From Ilumatobacteraceae bacterium (lineage in GTDB: Bacteria; Actinomycetota; Acidimicrobiia; Acidimicrobiales; Ilumatobacteraceae), in the NCBI GenBank assembly GCA_964202465.1, contig CAXNIQ010000001.1, forward strand, positions 1-40,356: DNA of 40,356 bases. Reading direction: 5' to 3'. Both the position numbers and the translations under genes were made by a program. A model generated the notes under the pieces. That model did not search any database, was not told the origin of the DNA, and worked only from the letters and a program-made list of their open reading frames with translations. How positions within the stretch are numbered: position 1 is the stretch's first letter; the number at the start of each line of letters is the position of its first letter. Below, piece after piece: positions 7,864 to 15,829 of this stretch.

Positions 7864-10140
7864 TTATTCCTTTGCTGCTTCGGTAATTAAGAACGCATCG
7901 ATGTCAGCCTTGGTGGCACGGCTGCGAATCTCAAAATGCACTTTAGTGATAGTGGAGTTACATGCAAACGGAGCAACGTAATCGCTCACAACTGGCGACA
8001 ACTGATCGCTCCCCAAATCCATTCCCATCGATCCAAGCACTCGCACAATCTTGGGAATGTGCACTGATCCAACATCATTTCCATCAACCGTCAGTGTGAT
8101 CGTTCCTGTTGAATCTTCGCGATCAAATCGGACGCCAATCTGGTGATTGCCGGGTTGTAATGAAATCGGGGCACTCGCCCGCTGATGTTTGCCAAGCGCG
8201 TTGTAGTCAAAGTGCAGCACGGAGTTTTGAACAAAGAACGAGTGCCCGATGTTGTGTGCGCCGCGCGCGTAAATCACACCTTCAAGCGGTTGATTGCCCA
8301 CAACTACGTCTGCAGTGATTGTCCATGCTCGGCCGCTCAACAGCGGGCATGCGTCTGCAGGTATATGCGCAACTGGTGGATAATACGTATAGGTATTGCC
8401 GTAGTGCGGCGAGCCTGGACGCGATTTTGATCCAAAGATCTCGATGCCGCGATCATCAAGTGGCAATACTCCGTGCAACTCGGCTTGCTCCCACCACAAT
8501 GCAATCATTTCTTTGAGCTTTGCCGGATGTTTCACCGACAAGTCATGCATCTCCGAAAAATCTTCATCGATTTTGTACAAACCCCATGTGTCATTTTCGT
8601 ATGGCACGTTTTGATCGTGAAACGTCACTGCCTTGTATCCATCTGCCCAGATAGCGCGGTGACCCATCATTTCAAAATATTGTGGTCCACGCTTAGTTGC
8701 ACTAGTCGCACTGTTAAATGTGTATGCCAAACTCTCGCCGTGCATCGGCATTTGTCCGTGACCATTTACAACAGGGGGCACAGTAATACCGAGCGCATCA
8801 TAAACCGTTGGCGCAATATCGGTGATGTGGCAAAACTGTGAGCGAATGCCACCTGGCTGGTCAATGCCTTTTGGCCAGTGAAGAATCAGCGAGTCACGAA
8901 TGCCTCCGCCGTATGTTTGCGACTTGTACCAACGACTCGGGGTATTGCCCACTTGCGCCCAACCCCACGGATAGTTGGAGTGAGCATTTTTGGTGCCGAT
9001 GTCATCAAGACGATTGGCAACCATGTCATCTACGTCTTCCCACATGCTGTTAAAGAAACTAAATTCGTCAACAACACCTTGTGGTCCACCTTCACGACTC
9101 GCACCGTTATCCGAAAGCAATGCGATCATCGTGTTGTCGGTCAGATTGTGTTTATCAAGAAAGTCAAGTAGTCGACCGATCTGCACATCGGTGTGGTCGA
9201 GCATTGCAGCAAATGCTTCTTGCAAACGACACGCAAAAAGTTTTTCATTGGCAGTCAACTCTGCCCATGGGCGCACGCCAGGGTTGCGCGGCGACAGCAC
9301 GGTGTCGGGCGGAACAATGCCCATCTCGATCTGTCGCTTAAACCACACATCGCGATGCACGTCCCAGCCTTCGTCGAACTTGCCGCGCCACTTTGCCAAA
9401 TAACTATCTGGTGCATGGTGCGGTGCATGTTGTGCTCCGAATGCAAGATACAAATAAAACGGACGATCGGGTCGCACCGAAACCAAATCTCGAATCCATG
9501 TTGTCGACTGCTCGACAAGATCTTCCGAGAGGTGATAGCCCTCTTCTGGTGTGCGCGGCGGCAAGATGTGTTGGTTATCTTGAGTGAGCTCAGGATAAAA
9601 CTGATCGGTCTCGCCATTCAAAAATCCGTAAAAGCGGTCAAAGCCTTTTTGTAATGGCCAGTTGGTGTGCGGGCCAGCCGCCGTGCATTCTTCCATTGGC
9701 GCGAGGTGCCACTTGCCTGCACACAATGTTGCATAGCCCTCGAGTCGCAATACTTCGGCCATTGTTGCTGCTTTCGGCGTGATGCCTCCGCGCATGTTTG
9801 GAAAACCAGTATTCCAGTTTGAAACTCCACGCATGCCAACCGCGTGGTGATTACGACCGGTGAGCAAACTTGCACGAGACGGCGAGCACAATGCAGTTGT
9901 GTGAAAGCCGGTGTAGCGCAAACCATTTTGTGCGAGACGATCGATGTTTGGTGTGTGCATGGTGCTGCCAAAACAACTTGGGTGGCTAAAGCCCATGTCG
10001 TCAAACACGATGGTGATCACATTGGCGCCATGCAGACCTTTGGGGAGTTCTGGCCAAGACGGAGTCGACGTCTGATACGACGAATCGATCAAGCCCGCGA
10101 AATCCGGTTCATTTGGGTGCACTGATTTGTTTTGAGTCAT
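7864..10140 (-). CDS. Cys-type arylsulfatase (formylglycine-dependent, long AtsA/AtsD-like form)
   Basis: ORF 7864..10257. I prefer the ATG at 10140 (MTQNKSVHPNEPD...), which is preceded by GGGAGAGAG. The sulfatase signature is LCSPSRASLLTGRNHH (C-x-P-x-R), followed by GKWHLA and LSDNGAS. Confidence 0.9.
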   Translation of the reverse strand: MTQNKSVHPNEPDFAGLIDSSYQTSTPSWPELPKGLHGANVITIVFDDMGFSHPSCFGSTMHTPNIDRLAQNGLRYTGFHTTALCSPSRASLLTGRNHHAVGMRGVSNWNTGFPNMRGGITPKAATMAEVLRLEGYATLCAGKWHLAPMEECTAAGPHTNWPLQKGFDRFYGFLNGETDQFYPELTQDNQHILPPRTPEEGYHLSEDLVEQSTTWIRDLVSVRPDRPFYLYLAFGAQHAPHHAPDSYLAKWRGKFDEGWDVHRDVWFKRQIEMGIVPPDTVLSPRNPGVRPWAELTANEKLFACRLQEAFAAMLDHTDVQIGRLLDFLDKHNLTDNTMIALLSDNGASREGGPQGVVDEFSFFNSMWEDVDDMVANRLDDIGTKNAHSNYPWGWAQVGNTPSRWYKSQTYGGGIRDSLILHWPKGIDQPGGIRSQFCHITDIAPTVYDALGITVPPVVNGHGQMPMHGESLAYTFNSATSATKRGPQYFEMMGHRAIWADGYKAVTFHDQNVPYENDTWGLYKIDEDFSEMHDLSVKHPAKLKEMIALWWEQAELHGVLPLDDRGIEIFGSKSRPGSPHYGNTYTYYPPVAHIPADACPLLSGRAWTITADVVVGNQPLEGVIYARGAHNIGHSFFVQNSVLHFDYNALGKHQRASAPISLQPGNHQIGVRFDREDSTGTITLTVDGNDVGSVHIPKIVRVLGSMGMDLGSDQLSPVVSDYVAPFACNSTITKVHFEIRSRATKADIDAFLITEAAKE

Positions 10141-10279
10141 CTCACTCTCTCCCATTTTCCGAGTACCGAAGTACCAATTCTTGCTTGGACCAACTTTTCT
10201 CATAGTGTATGCGAAAAGATTGCTAGGCTCGTAATCGCACAGACAACTGCACGACAACTACACAAAAACTGGAGATCTC

Positions 10280-11104
10280 ATGGAAGTCATTTTGCTCGGC
10301 ACCGGAAGCCCAATGCCAGACGCAATGCGTGGTGGTCCTGCAACGTTAGTAAAGGCCGGCACTACTCAGATTTTGGTCGATGCTGGTCGCGCCGTGGTGA
10401 TGCGACTCACCGGAGCTGGCTCGTTGCCAATCTTCTTATCGGGTGTGCTGATCACCCATCTACACAGCGATCACCTCACCGATCTCAACGACGTCATCAC
10501 TACCCACTGGGTCATGAGTCAGGCAGAGACACCGCTTCACATTTATGGCCCACCGCGCACTCAAGAAGTTGTTGATGGCATCCTTGCTTCACTTGCACCC
10601 GACATCAGTTACCGGCTCGCGCATCACCCCGACACGTTGTGGTGGCAGCCAAACATCATTGTCACCGAAGTAACACCAGGCATGACATTCACACTCGGCG
10701 AAGCGCAAATCTCTGTTGGTCAAACCAATCACGCGCCTGTTGAACCAACTGTTTCGTATCGCATCGAACACGAAGGCAAGTCTCTCGTGCTTGGTGGAGA
10801 CGGCATTCCTTGTCCGACGCTGGACGCCATTTGCAAAGGCGCAGATGCATATGTGCAAACCGTGTTGCGCGAAGATCTCGTCAGCCTTGTTAAAAACAAA
10901 CGCTTCCTCGACATTTTGGACTACCACTCGACGGTTGAGCAGGCGGCACAAACCGCAACGCGCGCTGGTGTCAAGAAATTGATATTGACTCACTACGTAC
11001 CAAGTATTCAGCCAGGTCAAGAAGAGGAGTGGCGCGCAATTGCCGCCGCACATTTTGCTGGCGAAATCGTGCTCGGCGACGACCTCACAGCAACAACGAT
11101 CTAA
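10280..11104 (+). CDS. MBL-fold metallo-hydrolase (RNase Z / ElaC-like small form)
   Basis: 274 aa. N-terminus MEVILLGTGSPMP, HxHxDH motif ITHLHSDHLTDL, and a C-terminal LILTHY. GGAGA lies 6 nt upstream of the ATG. Confidence 0.75.
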   Translation: MEVILLGTGSPMPDAMRGGPATLVKAGTTQILVDAGRAVVMRLTGAGSLPIFLSGVLITHLHSDHLTDLNDVITTHWVMSQAETPLHIYGPPRTQEVVDGILASLAPDISYRLAHHPDTLWWQPNIIVTEVTPGMTFTLGEAQISVGQTNHAPVEPTVSYRIEHEGKSLVLGGDGIPCPTLDAICKGADAYVQTVLREDLVSLVKNKRFLDILDYHSTVEQAAQTATRAGVKKLILTHYVPSIQPGQEEEWRAIAAAHFAGEIVLGDDLTATTI

Positions 11105-11151
11105 CCTCTTATTCGACGATCACAACAATTTCAAATGCAAAGGACAACAAG

Positions 11152-12078
11152 ATGAAAGCATTGCGTACACCAGACGAGCGTTTTGCCAATCTCGACGGCT
11201 ACAACTACGAGCCCCACTATTGCGAGATTTCCGACCTCGAGGGTGGCACGCTGCGAGTGCACTATATCGATGAAGGTCCAGGCGATGCAGACCCAGTGCT
11301 TCTGATGCACGGCGAGCCTTCGTGGTGCTACTTGTATCGCAAGATGATTCCGATCCTGCTCGCAGCAGGACACCGAGTGATCGCCCCAGACTTGGTCGGC
11401 TTTGGTCGCTCCGACAAGCCGACTGAACAAACCGACTATTCATATGCACGTCACGTTGCATGGATGAGCGAACTCATTTTCGACAAGTTGCAACTGCGCC
11501 ACATCACATTTTTCGGTCAAGACTGGGGCGGTCTGATTGGATTGCGTCTCGTCACTGCCGAGTCAGAACGATTTGATCGAGTGGTTGCGGGCAACACCGG
11601 TTTGCCAATCGGGCGCAAGACAGACTTTTCATCAAACGATGCATTTATGCGGTGGCGCAACTTCTCGCAAACCACTCCAACATTTCCAGTTGGCTTCATC
11701 GTCAATGGCGGCAGCCTCAAGGCTCTTACACCTGCAGAGGTCGATGCATACAATGCACCATTTCCTGATGAGACCTACAAGTCGGGTGCTCGCATCTTCC
11801 CCACTTTTGTTCCTGTCACTGTCGACGACCCATCCAACCGCGACAACGAAATCGCATGGGGTGTGCTGCGCAAGTTTGAAAAACCATTCCTCTGCACATT
11901 CAGCGATCAAGATCCTGTCACAGCAGGTGGCGAAAAACCGTTTATGCGAGACGTTCCAGGTGCGGCCAACCAACCACATGTCACCATTTCCGACGCCGGT
12001 CACTTCTTGCAAGAAAACAAAGGCGAGCAGCTCGCACAGATCATTGTCGAATTTATCGCAGCCAATCCACGCGAGTAA
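11152..12078 (+). CDS. dhmA: Haloalkane dehalogenase (alpha/beta hydrolase, HLD-I DhlA/DhmA-like)
   Basis: ORF 11029..12078, trimmed to the ATG at 11152 (MKALRTPDERFANLDGYNYEPHY...). It carries HGEPSWCYLYR, the nucleophile elbow FFGQDWGGLIGL and the catalytic-His region DAGHFLQE. Confidence 0.8.
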   Translation: MKALRTPDERFANLDGYNYEPHYCEISDLEGGTLRVHYIDEGPGDADPVLLMHGEPSWCYLYRKMIPILLAAGHRVIAPDLVGFGRSDKPTEQTDYSYARHVAWMSELIFDKLQLRHITFFGQDWGGLIGLRLVTAESERFDRVVAGNTGLPIGRKTDFSSNDAFMRWRNFSQTTPTFPVGFIVNGGSLKALTPAEVDAYNAPFPDETYKSGARIFPTFVPVTVDDPSNRDNEIAWGVLRKFEKPFLCTFSDQDPVTAGGEKPFMRDVPGAANQPHVTISDAGHFLQENKGEQLAQIIVEFIAANPRE

Positions 12079-12117
12079 GCACACGCGGCAGTAATTGCGC
12101 CGCAATAGATTGAGTGA

Positions 12118-13245
12118 GTGAAATTCGGTTGGGTCGTCGTTGCGTTATCGGTTGTCGGAGCCGGCTGCACTACAACACCAACGACTGCAACATCAACGAC
12201 TACAACACCAGCGACTACAACGACTACAACTCTGTCGCAATCTCTCACGTTTGCATTCACCGGCGATGTACTGCCACATACACCACTCATCAATCAGGCT
12301 CAGCGCACTGCCCTCGCCAATCAAACCGGCTACGACTTTCGCCCGATGTTTGCCGACGTCAAGCAATTGATCAGTGGTGTCGATGTGGCGATTTGCCATC
12401 TCGAAACTCCAATAGCGCCAGACGGCGAGAAGCTCTCGACCTACCCGTTCTTTGGTGTACCAAAAGAAATTACATCCGCTCTTGCAGATGCCGGATTTGA
12501 TCGCTGCTCGACTGCGAGCAATCATGCATACGACCGAGGAAATGACGGCATTGATGCCACTGTCAACGCACTGCTCGAAGCAGGTGTGCAGCAATCTGGA
12601 ATGGCTCGCACTCCTGAGGAGATTGAGCCACATATTTTTGTTGTCGATGGCATCAATCTCTGTCACCTGTCGTACACATTCAGTTACAACGGTCTGATCA
12701 TGCCCGAAGAGACGCAATGGCGCTCCGCCATCATCAACACCGGCCTCATTCTGCGCGATGCCAAGCGCGCGCGCGAGTTGGGTTCGCAAGCCACAATCGT
12801 GAGCATGCATTGGGGTAACGAAAAGGATTCAAGTCTCAATTCGATGCAGATATCAATTGCCGATGAACTCACTGCATCCGGCCTAGTCGACTTGATCGTT
12901 GGGCATCACGCCCACGTGGTGCAACCAACCAAACAAGTTAACGGCGTGTGGATCATGTTTGGTTTGGGAAATGTACTTTCCAACTTGCCCACCGACGAGC
13001 GCTGGCCTGTCAATAGTCAAGACGCTGTGATAGCCACGACTTCTCTCACTATTTCTTCTTTAGGCAAAGCGGTTTTTGACAAACCTGTAATGCACCCAAC
13101 CTGGGTCGACAAAGATCACGGCTGGGTCATTCGTGATATTCAGAAAAGTTTGCAGTCACCACTAACACCTACTCGAGTTGCGCAAGAACTCGAGATGTCA
13201 CTGGGTCGAACATCTCGAGTTCTCGGCGATTACATCACCAAATAG
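12118..13245 (+). CDS. CapA-family (PGA_cap metallophosphatase-like) lipoprotein
   Basis: 375 aa with a GTG start. Lipoprotein signal MKFGWVVVALSVVGAG|C, followed by a 21-residue Thr-rich linker. CapA-like blocks: FTGDVLPH, AICHLETPI, STASNHAYD, VGHHAHVVQP. Confidence 0.8.
   Translation: MKFGWVVVALSVVGAGCTTTPTTATSTTTTPATTTTTTLSQSLTFAFTGDVLPHTPLINQAQRTALANQTGYDFRPMFADVKQLISGVDVAICHLETPIAPDGEKLSTYPFFGVPKEITSALADAGFDRCSTASNHAYDRGNDGIDATVNALLEAGVQQSGMARTPEEIEPHIFVVDGINLCHLSYTFSYNGLIMPEETQWRSAIINTGLILRDAKRARELGSQATIVSMHWGNEKDSSLNSMQISIADELTASGLVDLIVGHHAHVVQPTKQVNGVWIMFGLGNVLSNLPTDERWPVNSQDAVIATTSLTISSLGKAVFDKPVMHPTWVDKDHGWVIRDIQKSLQSPLTPTRVAQELEMSLGRTSRVLGDYITK
12169..12231 (+). repeat. Low-complexity ACN-codon run encoding a Thr/Pro/Ala linker (TTTPTTATSTTTTPATTTTTT)
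   Basis: Read directly from the sequence. It lies immediately after the lipobox Cys of the CapA-like protein. Confidence 0.85.
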
Positions 13246-13275
13246 CTGGCGCTTCCATTACTGCTTTTACTACCG

Positions 13276-14652
13276 CTACTTGTGTGAACCACTGAACTCT
13301 GGGTATGCGAGCACTCCCATCTCTGGCATATCAAGACCAGCAGTTTCGTCGGCTTCTGCCGAGCGAATACCGCCCTTTGTGAATCGATTTTGCAGTTTGA
13401 AAAACGCATAGGACAAACCACCATTGATCACGACCAACACAACGCAACCGAGTGCCTGCGCACCTAATTGACCCCAGTCACCTTTGATAATGCCTTTCAC
13501 ACCATCAGTCGCCGATCCGTTCCAACCAGCGCCATAACTGCCGTTGGCAAAAATGCCAACAGCCAGTACACCGAAAATGCCACCAACACCGTGCACCGAG
13601 ATTGCCCCAACTGGATCATCGATTCCGCGTCGCTCAAAGAAGTACACGGCCTCGATCACGAGTACTGCTGCAAGTGCTCCGATCACCGCTGCGGCCCACG
13701 GCGAAACGAATGCACACGATGCAGTGATTGCCACTAAGCCGGCGAGCATTCCGTTGATCATCATGCCAGGGTCTGGCTTGCCAGTTTTTCGAGTGATGTA
13801 CAACATCGCAGCGATCGATCCGAACGCACCAGCAATTGCCGTGTTTGCTGCCGCTACAGCAAACTGCACGTCGGTTGCCGAAAAGGTGCTTGCGGCGTTA
13901 AATCCAAACCAGCCGAATAACAAAATGAATGTTCCGAGCATGGCCATTGGCACGTGATGGCCCGCAATCGTCCTTGGCTTGCCGTCCGCACCAAATTTTC
14001 CAATTCTTGGCCCAAGCACAACTGCGCCAGTGAAGGCTGCTACTCCGCCTACTGCGTGCACAACACCAGAGCCCGCGAAGTCCACATACCCAGCGCCCAA
14101 TGACATTGAGCTCCACGTCTTAGCCAGCCAGCCACCGCCCCATGTCCATGCTGCAAAAAGTGGGTAATAAATAACGCCGCAGAAAAATCCCCATCCAACA
14201 AAACTTCCCCACTTCCAACGCTCAGCCATCGAGCCAGTCGGAATGGTTGCCGTTGTGTCCATGAATGCCGCCATGTATAAAAAGAATCCGACAACTGCTG
14301 GAGTTACTGCACTTCCAGTGAGAGCCCATCCGCCCTTCCACAAAAAGATCCAGTCACCACTGCCAAGCAGTGCCGACCCAACAGGAGCATCCATGCCAAA
14401 TGCTGAATAACTAAAACCACCGAACGAAAATGCAAACCCGACCAGATAAAAACCGATAAACCCGAGACCAAAAATTGCAAAATTGGTGCTCACAACATGT
14501 GCTGCGTTTTTCGCTTGAGTCATTCCTGTTTCAACAAGCGCAAAACCTGCTTGCATAAACACCACCAATGCGGCTCCAATAACAATCCACATCAAACTCA
14601 CCTGCTGGCCCAGCACGATGACCGGATCTGGTGTTTCAAGTAAAAACTTCAT
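13276..14652 (-). CDS. amt: Ammonium transporter (Amt family)
   Basis: ORF 13276..14739, trimmed to the ATG at 14652, which has GGAG about 8 nt upstream. Motifs: FMQAGFALVETG, VDFAGSGVVHAVGG, VHGVGGIFG. About 11 transmembrane segments. Confidence 0.9.
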   Translation of the reverse strand: MKFLLETPDPVIVLGQQVSLMWIVIGAALVVFMQAGFALVETGMTQAKNAAHVVSTNFAIFGLGFIGFYLVGFAFSFGGFSYSAFGMDAPVGSALLGSGDWIFLWKGGWALTGSAVTPAVVGFFLYMAAFMDTTATIPTGSMAERWKWGSFVGWGFFCGVIYYPLFAAWTWGGGWLAKTWSSMSLGAGYVDFAGSGVVHAVGGVAAFTGAVVLGPRIGKFGADGKPRTIAGHHVPMAMLGTFILLFGWFGFNAASTFSATDVQFAVAAANTAIAGAFGSIAAMLYITRKTGKPDPGMMINGMLAGLVAITASCAFVSPWAAAVIGALAAVLVIEAVYFFERRGIDDPVGAISVHGVGGIFGVLAVGIFANGSYGAGWNGSATDGVKGIIKGDWGQLGAQALGCVVLVVINGGLSYAFFKLQNRFTKGGIRSAEADETAGLDMPEMGVLAYPEFSGSHK

Positions 14653-14810
14653 ACTTTTCTCCATTCGGGTAAGGACAACTGTCGAGTTGCCACTGAAATA
14701 CGCAGGGCGTTCGAGGGCGCCGTTGCAGCCGAACGACAAGAAGATTACGAGAGCAGTATTTCGGTTGTGTCTACAACATGTTTCGGGAGCGTTATTGTTT
14801 ATGAACGCCT

Positions 14811-15308
14811 ATGGCAACTCAACGCACGCAAACGAAACATGCAGTTAACAAACTCGAGTTGCCACCGCTTGTTGCCGAGCGCATCACGTGCCCACTGAGC
14901 AAGTGGCATGGTGAGATAGGTCGCTGTCATTGGTGCAATGAAATTATTACTGGTAAGCGGCGCACCACCTGGTGCTCCGACACATGTGGTCGCGCTTGGC
15001 AACGCGAACACATCTGGCGTTTTGCTCGATCGTGGGCAAAGCGCCGCGCCAAATATCACTGCATTCGTGTTGGCTGCGTTGCTGCGCGTCGCGACTGCGA
15101 GGTCAATCACATCGAACCGCGCGACGGCAAAGGCTACGGTCCTGGGTGTCATCATCATCTGCAACCCGACAGCACTGGCCGTGGTGGTCTTGAGGTGTTG
15201 TGCCACTCGCATCACGCCGAAATCACTGCTGCACAAGCCACCGCGCGAGCTACTACACGAGCAAATGCACGACGCGCGACCAATGACGCCACTGAAACTA
15301 CGATCTAA
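14811..15308 (+). CDS. Small HNH-endonuclease-domain protein
   Basis: 165 aa. Cys-rich N-terminal part (CHWCNEII...WCSDTCG) and an HNH-like core, CEVNHIEPRDG ... LEVLCHSHHAEIT. Confidence 0.7.
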   Translation: MATQRTQTKHAVNKLELPPLVAERITCPLSKWHGEIGRCHWCNEIITGKRRTTWCSDTCGRAWQREHIWRFARSWAKRRAKYHCIRVGCVAARRDCEVNHIEPRDGKGYGPGCHHHLQPDSTGRGGLEVLCHSHHAEITAAQATARATTRANARRATNDATETTI

Positions 15309-15311
15309 CTC

Positions 15312-15797
15312 GTGGCATTTCGAGACGGAGACGGTTGGGTGATCTGCTCATGCGGCCACAGACATTGGGGCCTTCATGGCGCTGCAGGTCTGTTGCTCGT
15401 GCGCCTCGACAAGTCTGAGCCTCACGTGTTGTTGCAACTTCGTGCTGCTTGGACACACGGCGGCGGAACGTGGGCTCTGCCAGGTGGCGCCCTTGACAGT
15501 CATGAAGATTCAGTGACGGCTGCTGGCCGCGAAGCCGCAGAAGAAGCGGGTATTAATAGCGACGACTATGTTGTGCGCGATGTATTTAGCGACGACCATG
15601 GCCCGTGGCGATACGACACAGTAATTGCTCACACCAACGGTGACGCTGGCGCATACGCAGCGAATGCCGAATCAGAAGATCTGCAGTGGGTCACGCTTGG
15701 CGAAGTTGCAAACTTCTCTTTGCACGCGGGATTGGCTGGCGCTTGGTCACAATTACACGAGCGAGTAGTGGCAACTCTCAACCCGCAGGAATCGTAA
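15312..15797 (+). CDS. NUDIX hydrolase (actinobacterial MutT-like type)
   Basis: 161 aa. The GTG start is 3 nt after the HNH stop. The Nudix box is GGALDSHEDSVTAAGREAAEEAGI. The N-terminal CSCGHRHWGLHGAAGLLL element resembles actinobacterial MutT4-like proteins. Confidence 0.8.
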   Translation: MAFRDGDGWVICSCGHRHWGLHGAAGLLLVRLDKSEPHVLLQLRAAWTHGGGTWALPGGALDSHEDSVTAAGREAAEEAGINSDDYVVRDVFSDDHGPWRYDTVIAHTNGDAGAYAANAESEDLQWVTLGEVANFSLHAGLAGAWSQLHERVVATLNPQES

Positions 15798-15829
15798 GTG
15801 TTGTAATAGTCGCAGATTAGGCTGTTGTT

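Noticed and set aside
10141-10257. N-terminal extensions given by the ORF track (also 14653-14739 amt, 33628-33705 guaA, 11029-11151 dehalogenase, 36126-36200 ribBA, 29158-29391 yaaA, 30872-30910 DLH, 1818-1898 lipoprotein)
   Set aside because: The longest-ORF starts add residues that do not resemble the family N-termini, or they overlap neighbouring genes. Internal starts with better Shine-Dalgarno spacing were preferred. These trimmed starts remain estimates.
11537-12105. 185-aa plus-strand and 157-aa minus-strand alternative-frame ORFs
   Set aside because: Both lie inside the haloalkane dehalogenase coding region, whose own frame carries all the catalytic motifs.
12169-12231. Repetitive acgact/acaaca DNA that looks at first like a micro-satellite or array
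   Set aside because: It is in frame within the CapA-like gene and encodes a Thr/Pro linker directly after the lipobox Cys. The units are irregular and there are no spacers.
12193-12810. 205-aa minus-strand ORF
   Set aside because: It lies entirely antisense within the CapA-like gene, which has clear family motifs. It has no motif and no RBS of its own.
13246-13275. Expected glnK (PII) gene downstream of amt
   Set aside because: Only 30 bp separate the amt stop from the convergent capA-like stop, so no ORF fits there. The absence is reported as a finding rather than as a feature.
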